64,000 bases of DNA from an uncultured Pelagimonas sp. Lineage in GTDB: Bacteria > Pseudomonadota > Alphaproteobacteria > Rhodobacterales > Rhodobacteraceae. The stretch covers positions 100,966 to 164,965 of the forward strand of contig CANMPP010000006.1 of assembly GCA_947499735.1 (NCBI GenBank), given 5' to 3'. The position numbers and the translations under genes were made by a program. Positions 48,046-57,615 of this stretch are shown piece by piece (the stretch's first letter is position 1; every line of letters starts with the position of its first letter). The notes under the pieces were generated by a model. That model was given only the letters and a program-made list of their open reading frames with translations, did not search any database and was not told where the DNA came from.

Positions 48046-49383
48046 TTAGTTTTCCAGATAAACCTCTAGGCTATCATCCAATGCGTCTTTCCATGGGGTG
48101 TGGTGTTTGGGGGCCATGGTGCCTGTTATGACAGATTTATAGCCATTGTCGCGGAAGGTCATAATGCCTTGCTTTTTATGGCCCTTCCATTCTTTGAATG
48201 CCAAGCAGGCGCCTTCCACGTCAAAACTCGGGTAATCCGTTTCTTCGATCAGTTCTTTGATATAATCGCCCTGATACCAGATCGCATCATAGTCGGTTTC
48301 GCCCGCATCCTCGCGGGCTACGCGATCGGTGACATCGGCCTCTAGCACGGCTTTGTCGGTTGGAATGTCGATTTTACCCATAATCGCATCCCGAACCCAC
48401 CAGGCCTGTGCGTCAAACATGTTGAAGGTGAACCACTGGTCCTGCATGCCGATATAGAACAGGTCCGTATCTGGCACGTAGGCCACGCCTTTATAGAGGT
48501 CTGCACTCGCCAACCGATTGGCTGTTTTAAGCTTTAGATCGTCAGGCAGGAACGGGAAATGGTGCTTGTAGCCTGTGCATAGGATCACAGCATCCACGTC
48601 TTTGGATGTACCGTCTTTGAAATAGGCGGTTTTGCCATCCACATGGGTCAATAATGGAACCTCTTGCCAATTGTCAGGCCAATCATATCCCATGGCAGCC
48701 GTGCGGTGGCTGACCGTGATGGATTTTGCGCCGTATTTCCAGCATTGCGACCCGATGTCTTCGGCGGAATAGCTGGTGCCAACGATCAGGATATCTTTGT
48801 CTTCGAATTCCATGGCGTCGCGGAAATCATGAGCATGCAAAACGCGCCCCTGAAATGTGTCGAAGCCTTTGAAATACGGCACATTCGGTGTGCTGAAATG
48901 GCCAGTACACACGATCACATGATCAAAGACTTCGGTATAGGTTTTGTCCTCGGGCAGGCTGCAAACGGTGACTTCAAATTTATCACCCACTTTTTCAACC
49001 CAGCGTACGGCTGTGGAAAAGCGGATCCAATCTTTGACACCCGCCTTTTCGACACGTCCCTGAATATAGTCAAACAAAACCGCGCGAGGGGGGTAGCTGG
49101 CGATTTGTTTGCCGAAATGTTCTTCAAAGGAATAATCCGCAAACTCCAGGCCTTCCTTTGGACCGTTTGACCAAAGGTAGCGATACATAGACCCGTGAAC
49201 CGGTTCGCCATATTCATCCAGACCTGTGCGCCATGTGTAGTTCCATAACCCACCCCAATTGGATTGCTTTTCAAAACACACGATTTCTGGGATGTCTTCG
49301 CCCTTGGCCTGTGCCGATTGAAATGCCCGCAGTTGGGCCAAACCAGATGGGCCAGCGCCCAGAACAGCAACGCGTTTTGACAT
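48046..49383 (-). CDS. tmm: Trimethylamine monooxygenase (bacterial flavin-containing monooxygenase)
   Basis: FAD motif GAGPSGL, FMO motif region [13 protein letters not shown] and NADPH motif GTSYSAED. The 445-aa length and methylamine gene context fit Tmm. Confidence 0.85.
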   Translation of the reverse strand: MSKRVAVLGAGPSGLAQLRAFQSAQAKGEDIPEIVCFEKQSNWGGLWNYTWRTGLDEYGEPVHGSMYRYLWSNGPKEGLEFADYSFEEHFGKQIASYPPRAVLFDYIQGRVEKAGVKDWIRFSTAVRWVEKVGDKFEVTVCSLPEDKTYTEVFDHVIVCTGHFSTPNVPYFKGFDTFQGRVLHAHDFRDAMEFEDKDILIVGTSYSAEDIGSQCWKYGAKSITVSHRTAAMGYDWPDNWQEVPLLTHVDGKTAYFKDGTSKDVDAVILCTGYKHHFPFLPDDLKLKTANRLASADLYKGVAYVPDTDLFYIGMQDQWFTFNMFDAQAWWVRDAIMGKIDIPTDKAVLEADVTDRVAREDAGETDYDAIWYQGDYIKELIEETDYPSFDVEGACLAFKEWKGHKKQGIMTFRDNGYKSVITGTMAPKHHTPWKDALDDSLEVYLEN

Positions 49384-49567
49384 TGGAAACTCCTCATCAT
49401 GTCACTTGCTGTCAGTGCATCGCATTCATCACTATGGGTCAATAAATATTCTTAAAAGGAAAGTTGCGATCAGTGCAAACGCTGTGTTTTTGCTCAGTCT
49501 GCGCATGATTTTAAAGCACAGGGGCTGCCCGTAGCACTGGCAGGCAACCCCTTGGTCTTAGGCAGGA

Positions 49568-50887
49568 TCAGATATCCAGCGTGTTGTCTTTTTCCCACTG
49601 GCTGAAATGGCTGACAAAGCTGCTCCATTCCTGCATTTTCATCTTGATATATGACGCCGAGAATTCGTCACCCATCGCGGATTTGAGCGCTGAATCGGCA
49701 TCAAATTCGCGGATCGCATCCAGCATGTTCAGTGGCAGCTTTGGGGCGTCAGTGACCGTGTGACCTTCGGCATACATGTTGATGTCATATCGTTTGCCCG
49801 GATCAGCCTTTGATTTGATGCCCGACAGACCGGCCGCGATGATCACGGCTTGCAACAAGTATGGGTTCGCGGCCCCGTCCGGCAGGCGCAATTCAAAGCG
49901 GCCTGGTCCCGGAACACGTACCATATGGGTGCGGTTGTTGCCGGTCCATGTCACGGTGTTGGGTGCCCATGTGGCCCCTGACATGGTGCGCGGCGCGTTG
50001 ATGCGTTTGTAGCTGTTCACAGTTGGGTTTGTGATCGCCGCCAGCGCGCTGGCATGTTTCATAATACCGCCGAGGAAATAGCCACCCTGTTCGGACAATC
50101 CGACTTCGCCAATCTGGCCCCCAGCATCCCCGGCAAACACATTTGTTTCACCTGCCAGATCCCAGACAGAGATATGCGCATGACAGCCATTGCCCGTCAG
50201 ACCCTCAATCGGTTTGGGCATGAATGTTGCGCGGAACCCATGTTTTTCGGCGACGGATTTGGTCATGAATTTAAAGAAGGAATGTTTGTCCGCCGTTGAA
50301 AGCGCATCGTCGAACTCCCAGTTCATTTCGAACTGACCATTCGCATCCTCATGATCGTTCTGATACGGGCCCCATCCCAGTTCTAGCATGTAATCGCAGA
50401 TCTCGCGTACCACATCATAGCGGCGCATGACGGCCTGTTGATCGTAACAAGGCTTTTCCGCGGTATCATATTCATCGCTGATCGCACTGCCATCTGGTGT
50501 CAGCAGGAAATATTCTGCCTCAATGCCTGTTTTGACACGCAACCCATGTTCAGCGGCTTCATCAATCAATTTGCGCAACACGTTGCGCGGTGCTTGTGCG
50601 ACGTCTTCACCTTCCATGACGCAATTGCCCGCGACCCACGCAACTTCGGGTTTCCAAGGCAATTGAATAACGGATGCGGGATCGGGCACGGCCAGCATAT
50701 CGGGATGCGCAGGTGTCATATCCAGCCAAGTGGCAAACCCGGCAAAGCCCGCGCCATCCGCCTGCATATCTGCAATCGCTTGCGCAGGTACCAATTTGGC
50801 GCGTTGACCGCCAAACAGGTCCGTAAAGCTGATCATGAAATATTTGATGCCTTTTTCGGCGGCAAATTCGGCTAGGTCTATGGTCAT
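49568..50887 (-). CDS. gmaS: Gamma-glutamylmethylamide synthetase (type III glutamine-synthetase-like)
   Basis: GS catalytic-domain motifs are visible (ATFMPKP, NGCHAHISVW). 439 aa, immediately downstream of mgsABC. Confidence 0.8.
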   Translation of the reverse strand: MTIDLAEFAAEKGIKYFMISFTDLFGGQRAKLVPAQAIADMQADGAGFAGFATWLDMTPAHPDMLAVPDPASVIQLPWKPEVAWVAGNCVMEGEDVAQAPRNVLRKLIDEAAEHGLRVKTGIEAEYFLLTPDGSAISDEYDTAEKPCYDQQAVMRRYDVVREICDYMLELGWGPYQNDHEDANGQFEMNWEFDDALSTADKHSFFKFMTKSVAEKHGFRATFMPKPIEGLTGNGCHAHISVWDLAGETNVFAGDAGGQIGEVGLSEQGGYFLGGIMKHASALAAITNPTVNSYKRINAPRTMSGATWAPNTVTWTGNNRTHMVRVPGPGRFELRLPDGAANPYLLQAVIIAAGLSGIKSKADPGKRYDINMYAEGHTVTDAPKLPLNMLDAIREFDADSALKSAMGDEFSASYIKMKMQEWSSFVSHFSQWEKDNTLDI

Positions 50888-50952
50888 CTTCTGTCCTCGT
50901 CGTCGTATGAAAACGGCGCGTGCTGAAACCAGCCGCGCCGCTATTTATGGGG

Positions 50953-52296
50953 TTAGTAGGATGTTCCGGGCTTGCCGGGATACCAATCTGTTCCTGCCAA
51001 TGGGATCTTGGCCATCGCTGCGGCCTCTAGCGTGACGGCGCACAGGTCCTCTGGTTCCAGATTGTGCACATGGCTTTTCCCACAGGCGCGGGCGATGGTT
51101 TGGGCCTCTAGCGTCATAACCTTTAGGTAGTTGTTCAACCGACGCCCGCCTTCAATCGGGTCAAACCGGGCCATCAGTTCTGGATCTTGCGTGGTGATAC
51201 CTGCCGGATCCATGCCTTCGTGCCAGTCATCATAAGCGCCTGCCGTGGTGCCAAGCGCGTTATAATCGGCTTCCCATTTCGGGTCATTGTCCCCTAGGGC
51301 GATCAGGGCGGCTGTACCAATGGCCACCGCATCTGCGCCAAGCGCCATGCATTTGGCGACGTCCGCGCCATTGCGAATGCCGCCGGACACAACCAGCTGG
51401 ACCTCGCGATGCAGGCCAAGATCCTGCAGCGCGCGAACGGCTTCACGGATGCAGGCCAAAATTGGCTGGCCAACATGTTCGATAAACACGTCTTGTGTGG
51501 CGGCCGTTCCACCCTGCATACCGTCCAAAACGACCACGTCTGCGCCTGCTTTCACAGCCAGCGTTGTATCGAAATACGGACGTGCACCACCGACTTTGAT
51601 GTAGATTGGTACTTTCCAACCGGTGATTTCGCGCAACTCTAGGATCTTGATCTCTAGATCATCAGGGCCGGTCCAATCTGGATGGCGGCAAGCCGAACGT
51701 TGATCGATACCTTTGGGCAGATTGCGCATCTCGGCCACACGGTCGCTGATCTTTTGTCCCAGCAGCATCCCACCACCGCCCGGTTTTGCGCCTTGGCCAA
51801 CCACGATTTCAATCGCATCGGCACGACGCAGATCATCCGGGTTCATGCCATAGCGAGAGGGCAGATATTGATAGACCAATTTGTTGGAATGACCGCGTTC
51901 CTCATTGGTCATGCCTCCATCGCCTGTTGTGGTTGATGTGCCTGCCAATGTCGCACCGCGCCCCAGGGCTTCCTTTGCGCCGCCAGAGAGCGCGCCAAAG
52001 GACATGCCTGCGATGGTGATTGGAATATCCAATTCAATCGGGTTCTTCGCATAGCGCGTGCCCAATGTGACGGATGTCTCGCATTTCTCGCGATACCCTT
52101 CCAACGGATAGCGCGACATGGATGCGCCCAGAAACAAAAGGTCGTCGAAATGGGGCAATTTGCGTTTCGCGCCACCGCCGCGAATGTCATAGATGCCAGT
52201 TGCCGCTGCCCGACGGATTTCTGCATTGACGGGGTTGGAGAACGTGGCCGATTGGATCGGCATGGTCCGCGGTGCGCCCTTGTGATCGTCTTTCAT
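50953..52296 (-). CDS. mgsC: N-methylglutamate synthase subunit C (FMN-binding glutamate-synthase central domain)
   Basis: GltS FMN-domain motifs are visible (VVGQGAKPGGGG, VVLDGMQGGTAA, VSGGIRNGADVAK). Confidence 0.85.
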   Translation of the reverse strand: MKDDHKGAPRTMPIQSATFSNPVNAEIRRAAATGIYDIRGGGAKRKLPHFDDLLFLGASMSRYPLEGYREKCETSVTLGTRYAKNPIELDIPITIAGMSFGALSGGAKEALGRGATLAGTSTTTGDGGMTNEERGHSNKLVYQYLPSRYGMNPDDLRRADAIEIVVGQGAKPGGGGMLLGQKISDRVAEMRNLPKGIDQRSACRHPDWTGPDDLEIKILELREITGWKVPIYIKVGGARPYFDTTLAVKAGADVVVLDGMQGGTAATQDVFIEHVGQPILACIREAVRALQDLGLHREVQLVVSGGIRNGADVAKCMALGADAVAIGTAALIALGDNDPKWEADYNALGTTAGAYDDWHEGMDPAGITTQDPELMARFDPIEGGRRLNNYLKVMTLEAQTIARACGKSHVHNLEPEDLCAVTLEAAAMAKIPLAGTDWYPGKPGTSY

Positions 52297-52305
52297 TGGC
52301 GTCCC

Positions 52306-52983
52306 TTAATATGCATTGTCGATGTTAAAATTGTAAAGCTGACGGGCAGAGCCATAGCGTTTGAACTCTTCTGGTTTGGCATCGCTTTCCGCGCGCTCGA
52401 GAAGATCCGCCAAAAGCGTCAGATGTTCGGGCCGCATTTCCTTTTCAACGCAATCCGCGCCCAAAGATTTGACAGATCCGCGCACGAACAGGCGGGCCTC
52501 ATAAAGGCTATCGCCCAAAGCTTCGCCTGCATCACCGCAGACAACCAAATTGCCAGATTGCGCCATAAAGGCCGACATATGGCCGATATTGCCATGTACG
52601 ACGATGTCGACACCTTTCATCGAAATGCCACACCGGCTGGATGCGTTGCCCTTGATCACCAACAGGCCGCCATGTGCAGTGGCGCCGGCATATTGGCTGG
52701 CATCCCCGTCAATCACCACAGTGCCGCTCATCATGTTTTCGGCCACACCGGGGCCTGCGGATCCTTTGATGTTTATGGTGGCCTGCTTGTTCATGCCCGC
52801 ACAGTAATAGCCGGTTGATCCCTTAACGGTGACCTCAATCGGGGCATCCAATCCGCAGGCAATCGCATGCGCGCCTTTGGGATTGTCGATCACCCATTTG
52901 GTTTGATTGGTTGTGTCCGTCTGAGCATGCAGGGTTTCATTCAATTCACGCAGTGCGACGGTTTCCATGTCGATAACTTGCAT
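52306..52983 (-). CDS. mgsB: N-methylglutamate synthase subunit B (GXGXG beta-helix domain)
   Basis: Repeated G-x-x-G-x-G motifs of the GltS C-terminal domain type. TAGATG junction with mgsA. Confidence 0.85.
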   Translation of the reverse strand: MQVIDMETVALRELNETLHAQTDTTNQTKWVIDNPKGAHAIACGLDAPIEVTVKGSTGYYCAGMNKQATINIKGSAGPGVAENMMSGTVVIDGDASQYAGATAHGGLLVIKGNASSRCGISMKGVDIVVHGNIGHMSAFMAQSGNLVVCGDAGEALGDSLYEARLFVRGSVKSLGADCVEKEMRPEHLTLLADLLERAESDAKPEEFKRYGSARQLYNFNIDNAY

Positions 52984-53910
52984 CTAAGCAGCCTTCCCTG
53001 TTGCGGATGACGTGTCATCGTGGCTCCAGAAATACACGGTGGCGGGTTCGGGTTCCCAAACGCGTGCCGTTTCTATGCCGGGTAGGTTCACCAAAGCGCG
53101 ATATTCGGAGCCAAAGGCAACGTATTGATCGGTTTCGGCCATAACGGCGGGTTTGCAGGCAATTGGGTCCCGCACAACGCCAAACCCATCCTTTGTACCA
53201 ACGACAAAGGTAAAGAACCCGTCCAAAGCGTCCAAACCGCTTTCCAGCGCTTCGCCCAGTGTCGCGCCATTTTGCATCTGCCATGTCAGATAGGCGGCAC
53301 CGACCTCGGTATCGTTTTCGGTTTCAATATGAACGCCTTCGCGACGCAATTTGCGGCGTAGGCTGTTGTGATTGGATAAAGATCCATTGTGAACAAGGCA
53401 TTGGTCCATGCCTGTGTTGAAAGGATGTGCACCCATTGTGGTGACGGCCGATTCGGTGGCCATGCGCGTGTGCCCTATTCCATGTGTGCCTGACATCGCA
53501 CCAATTGCAAATCTCTCTGCTACATTTTTGGGCAGGCCGACTTCCTTGTAGATCTCTAAATTCTCGCCCCGGCTCATGACGCGGATGGTCGGATCCAGCG
53601 TGGCGAGAGCTGCTTTGATATCTTCGAACGCGCAATCCGCCGTCAGGACAGCATGGGTGCTTTTGACATCAATTGTCACCTCTACGGCCAAAGATTTTGC
53701 CAATGATTGATCCAAATCTTTAAAGGCTTCTTCAGGGGTGTCGGATTGGACAACAATCTTATTTTTATTCGTATTTTCAGAGTTGTAGATCGCTATTCCG
53801 GCGCTGTCCGGCCCGCGATCTGTCATCGTGACCAGCATGTCCGACAACATTTCACCCAATTTGGGTTCGAGCGTTTTGTCTTTTAAAAAAAGCCCAACAA
53901 TCCCGCACAT
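52984..53910 (-). CDS. mgsA: N-methylglutamate synthase subunit A (class-II glutamine amidotransferase domain)
   Basis: N-terminal MCGIVG with the nucleophilic Cys2 of Ntn amidotransferases. Confidence 0.85.
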   Translation of the reverse strand: MCGIVGLFLKDKTLEPKLGEMLSDMLVTMTDRGPDSAGIAIYNSENTNKNKIVVQSDTPEEAFKDLDQSLAKSLAVEVTIDVKSTHAVLTADCAFEDIKAALATLDPTIRVMSRGENLEIYKEVGLPKNVAERFAIGAMSGTHGIGHTRMATESAVTTMGAHPFNTGMDQCLVHNGSLSNHNSLRRKLRREGVHIETENDTEVGAAYLTWQMQNGATLGEALESGLDALDGFFTFVVGTKDGFGVVRDPIACKPAVMAETDQYVAFGSEYRALVNLPGIETARVWEPEPATVYFWSHDDTSSATGKAA

Positions 53911-53992
53911 ATCATTTCCTCACGCCAATTATCCGCTTTCCAACGCGGGTTCGAATCTAACCTAGCATCATTAAATCACGGCCTCAACTGGC

Positions 53993-54010
53993 AGGAAATA
54001 ATTATTCCCT
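53993..54010. promoter_or_regulatory. 18-bp near-palindrome in the mgsA/amt divergent control region
   Basis: AGGAAATAATTATTCCCT matches its own reverse complement at 16 of 18 positions. Confidence 0.35.
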
Positions 54011-54115
54011 AGGGGTAAAAAATTTCTAGGTCGCCTTCGCGCCTCATGCTTGAATTGACTTAGGGACCACCTCCGTCAGGCGAAGAGTCCAAGGGAAACC
54101 AAAACAACAGGGAAG

Positions 54116-55507
54116 TTGATTGTGGAAGAACAACTAGCGGAACTGGCAGCCCAGGTCGCTGCCATAGAAACCAAGGGGAATCTGACGAACACGATGTTCG
54201 CAGAGCTCTATTATTATCTGACCATTCCATTGATGGTTATCATTCATGCGGGATTCCTCGCTTATGAAATGGGCGCATCGCGCGCGAAAAATGCTCTGGC
54301 GTCAGGCGTGAAAAACATTCTCGCCTTCGCTTTCTGTATTCCAGCCTTCTACTTCTTTGGCTGGTGGGTTTATTGGGGCTTTCCAACGGGCTTTACCCTA
54401 TCTGAGGGACCAAACGGTATCTCAGGCGCGGCATATGCCAATGCGATCGCATGGCCATGGGGTGAAAGCGCCATCTACATGGGTCCAAACACAGAAGACC
54501 AAATCGATGGTGTTTTCTGGGGCGCGTTCACATTGTTCGCGGCGACCACAGCATCCATCATGTCTGGTGCTTTGATCGAACGGATCCAAACCGTTGGCTT
54601 CGTGATCTGTGCGATTGTTTTGGGTGGCTTCAGCTGGACCTTGGCGGCGGCTTGGGGTTGGCACGCAGATGGTTGGTTGATCACTCAATGGGGTGTTCAT
54701 GACTTTGGCGCGGCGGGCCTTGTGCACGCGGTTGCTGCATTCTTTGCCTTGGGTGTTCTGATCAATCTTGGACCGCGTATCGGCAAGTTCAACCCTGATG
54801 GCAGTGCAAACGAAATCGTCGGCCACAATATGCCCTTCACGGTGACAGGCTTGATGCTGATTATCGTTGGGTTCTGGGGCTTCTTGATGGGCTGTGTCGT
54901 TGTTGGCGGCGAAGCTTGGTCATGGGGTGGGAACTATTCCACGATCTATGGCACGCCAACCAATCTTGGTGCATTGGCATTCAACGTTCTTATGGCCATC
55001 GGTGGCGGGATCATTGGTGCGTGGATCGTTGCGAAAGACCCGTTCTGGATGATGTCCGGTGCTCTTGCAGGCATTATTTCGGTTGCTTCTGGTGTTGACC
55101 TCTATTGGCCCTCACTGGTGTTTATCATCGCTTTGGGTGCAGGCGCGCTGATCAAACCAGCGGCAGGCGTTCTAGAGAAATTCGGCATCGACGATGCGGT
55201 TGGCGCTGTCACTGTGCACGGGACAATCGGTATCTACGGCATGTTGATCCTTGGCATCACGGCGGCAGGTTACCCGGCGCTGGGTGGCGAAGGTGCGCCA
55301 ACGATTTCCTTCATTGGTCAGCTGGTCGGTTCTATCGTCTTTATCTTGATCGGTTTGGTCACAGGCTACGGCACATCATTTATCCTAAAGATGTTTGGCA
55401 TGCTGCGCGTTCCTGAAAAGGCCGAGTTGGCAGGTCTGGATACGGTTAAAATCCCGGCACGCGCTTATCCTGAAGGCATGCCAATCTCTGCCCCGGCGGC
55501 GGAATAA
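54116..55507 (+). CDS. amt: Amt-family ammonium/methylammonium transporter
   Basis: About 11 TM segments and conserved Amt regions (DFGAAGLVHAV, VHGTIGIYG). The track start at 54116 is TTG. The GTG at 54122 is better spaced from GGGAAG. Confidence 0.85.
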   Translation: MIVEEQLAELAAQVAAIETKGNLTNTMFAELYYYLTIPLMVIIHAGFLAYEMGASRAKNALASGVKNILAFAFCIPAFYFFGWWVYWGFPTGFTLSEGPNGISGAAYANAIAWPWGESAIYMGPNTEDQIDGVFWGAFTLFAATTASIMSGALIERIQTVGFVICAIVLGGFSWTLAAAWGWHADGWLITQWGVHDFGAAGLVHAVAAFFALGVLINLGPRIGKFNPDGSANEIVGHNMPFTVTGLMLIIVGFWGFLMGCVVVGGEAWSWGGNYSTIYGTPTNLGALAFNVLMAIGGGIIGAWIVAKDPFWMMSGALAGIISVASGVDLYWPSLVFIIALGAGALIKPAAGVLEKFGIDDAVGAVTVHGTIGIYGMLILGITAAGYPALGGEGAPTISFIGQLVGSIVFILIGLVTGYGTSFILKMFGMLRVPEKAELAGLDTVKIPARAYPEGMPISAPAAE

Positions 55508-55532
55508 TCAAACGTGAAAAAGGAGAAATGAT

Positions 55533-55703
55533 ATGGGATGGCCATTTGATGACCCAACTTGGGACGGCGTATCCGGAGCAATCTATATGGGCCTTGGAAC
55601 GGCTTTGCCGGGTGTGTTCTCGGTGATTGCAATAGGGCTATGCATCGCAGCGCTGGCCTATGGTCAGGCGCAAGAAGCGGCGAGCTATAAGAAGTACAAG
55701 TAG
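55533..55703 (+). CDS. Candidate 56-aa single-TM micro-protein downstream of amt (below the track's size cutoff)
   Basis: AGGAGA (55521-55526) lies 6 nt before the ATG at 55533. My translation: MGWPFDDPTWDGVSGAIYMGLGTALPGVFSVIAIGLCIAALAYGQAQEAASYKKYK. One hydrophobic helix and a basic C-terminus. A terminator-like hairpin follows. Confidence 0.45.
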   Translation: MGWPFDDPTWDGVSGAIYMGLGTALPGVFSVIAIGLCIAALAYGQAQEAASYKKYK

Positions 55704-55723
55704 CGCAGACCTAAAAGAAGAAA

Positions 55724-55749
55724 GGAGCCCAAATTTTGGGCCTCTTTTG
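55724..55749 (+). terminator. Terminator-like hairpin after the amt/micro-ORF unit
   Basis: GAGCCCA-AATTT-TGGGCCTC forms an imperfect stem followed by TTTT. Confidence 0.45.
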
Positions 55750-55841
55750 CCTAACAGGAAACAATTTTGCCTCTCAGTCTTGATTTTAACAGCCGTATTA
55801 GGCTCAATCAGATCAAGCAAGTGATATGACAGGAGAGACTC

Positions 55842-56990
55842 GTGGCTATTCTTTGGAGAGCATCTGCGCTCGCTCAGCGACATGCAGAAATCGGTGGCGA
55901 GTTGGAAGACTGGAATGGTATGGGAACCGCCTGGTTCTATGACCAAACACCAGAACGCGCCAAAGCTGATTATGAAGCGATCCGCACCAAAGCCGGGCTT
56001 ATGGATGTATCTGGTCTTAAAAAAGTGCATGTGATTGGCCCTGATGCAGCCTATGTCATTGATCGGGTGACAACGCGCAACGTGGAAAAGATCGCGCCGG
56101 GTCGGTCAACCTATGCCTCTATCCTGAATGATCGCGGCCTTTTTGTGGATGACTGCATCATCTATCACCTGTCGGTCAATTCTTGGCTGGTTGTCCATGG
56201 TACTGGCACCGGAATGGAGCAGCTGGGTGCGGTTGCTGCAGGCAAAAACTGCCAGATCCTGTTTGATGACGACCTGCATGATATGTCACTGCAAGGCCCC
56301 GTCGCTGTTGATCTGCTAGCAAAAGAAATTCCTGAAATCCGTGATCTCAAATATTTCGGTCTGATGCAGACCCGCCTCTATGGTCGCGATGTCATGATTT
56401 CCCGTACAGGATATACGGGTGAGCGCGGATATGAAATCTTCTGTCGCGCCAAAGACGCCGTCCATCTCTGGGACAGCATTCTGGATGCTGGCAAGGATAT
56501 GGGTGTGCGTCCTGTGCAATTCTCGACCCTCGATATGCTGCGGATTGAAAGCTATCTGCTGTTCTATCCCGGCGACAATTCCGAAACCTTCCCGTTTGAT
56601 GACGAACCATGTGGAGACACGCTATGGGAGTTGGGTCTCGACTTTACCGTTTCGCCTGACAAGGTTGGGTTCATCGGGGCCGAAAACCATTACGCAGCAA
56701 AAGGCAAAGAGCGGTTCAAGATCTTTGGTGTCAAACTAACCGACAGCATGGACCAGATGGAAATGTATGCTCGTGTGTTCTGCGATGGCAAAGATGTCGG
56801 GGTCATCACCTATGGCCTGTCTTCCGAGCTGAACGGCTATTCTGTGGCAATTGCCCGTCTGTCTCCAGATGTCGCCGTTGCGGGAACGAAACTGGTGATC
56901 AAGCAACCAGACGGAACTGAACTGGCTGCGACAGCAGAAAACATGCCGTTCTATGATGCAGACAAATCGCTGCGTACCGCGATCGGTTGA
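55842..56990 (+). CDS. dmmD: Dimethylamine monooxygenase subunit D (GcvT-fold tetrahydrofolate-binding subunit)
   Basis: GTG start 5 nt after AGGAGA. Aminomethyltransferase-fold motif ISRTGYTGERGYEI. It is the first gene of a tightly packed four-gene set. Confidence 0.75.
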   Translation: MAILWRASALAQRHAEIGGELEDWNGMGTAWFYDQTPERAKADYEAIRTKAGLMDVSGLKKVHVIGPDAAYVIDRVTTRNVEKIAPGRSTYASILNDRGLFVDDCIIYHLSVNSWLVVHGTGTGMEQLGAVAAGKNCQILFDDDLHDMSLQGPVAVDLLAKEIPEIRDLKYFGLMQTRLYGRDVMISRTGYTGERGYEIFCRAKDAVHLWDSILDAGKDMGVRPVQFSTLDMLRIESYLLFYPGDNSETFPFDDEPCGDTLWELGLDFTVSPDKVGFIGAENHYAAKGKERFKIFGVKLTDSMDQMEMYARVFCDGKDVGVITYGLSSELNGYSVAIARLSPDVAVAGTKLVIKQPDGTELAATAENMPFYDADKSLRTAIG

Positions 56991-57018
56991 TTGCCACTTG
57001 ATATCCAAGGCTAGGTAG

Positions 57019-57615
57019 ATGACGAAATTCAACTTCCCACCCAGTATCACCAGTCGTCCGGTTTGGGGCGAATTGCAGGCGCGTGCTGGCTCTGGTCATG
57101 TCTTTATCGCGGATGCTCACGGCGCTGGGGCCATTATGGATATGGCAACGCCGGACCTCATGGCGAAAGCGCATATCATCTACATCCCGAAAGGGCACGA
57201 TATGAGCGCCGAGTTAAAGGCGCTGGGACCTGCGCAATATTACGAAGGCCCTAGCTATGCTGCGGCATCGTCGCGGATTGCACATGTCTTGGGGCAGGCA
57301 AAAATGGGCGTTCAGGTCTATTTGGCCGGAACCGAAAGCGTAATGGGGCAAGCGATGCATGCGGCGGTTCAGGCAGGCATTCCATCAGGCAGCATTCAAA
57401 CAGAACATCGTGGGTCCACCGCAAGACGCATGCAATGCGTGCATTGCAAAGGGTTCACTGAAGATGTCGAAACGGACCCTTTTGTGTGTAGCCATTGCGG
57501 TCTGAATCTATTTGTTCGGGATCACTATTCGCGACGTTTGGCGGCCTATCAGGCGGTCTGCATCGATGCTGAAGACCCCGGCAATGTGCCCGAAAGCAAG
57601 GGGATCTACGAATGA
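57019..57615 (+). CDS. dmmA: Dimethylamine monooxygenase small subunit (HODM gamma-like, Cys4 site)
   Basis: 198 aa with CVHC-x14-CSHC near the C-terminus. ATGA overlap with the next gene. Confidence 0.7.
   Translation: MTKFNFPPSITSRPVWGELQARAGSGHVFIADAHGAGAIMDMATPDLMAKAHIIYIPKGHDMSAELKALGPAQYYEGPSYAAASSRIAHVLGQAKMGVQVYLAGTESVMGQAMHAAVQAGIPSGSIQTEHRGSTARRMQCVHCKGFTEDVETDPFVCSHCGLNLFVRDHYSRRLAAYQAVCIDAEDPGNVPESKGIYE

Noticed and set aside
55638-56030. 130-aa minus-strand ORF spanning the end of the micro-ORF, the terminator and the dmmD start.
   Set aside because: It crosses an intergenic terminator and two plus-strand coding starts and has no recognisable motif, so it is likely spurious.
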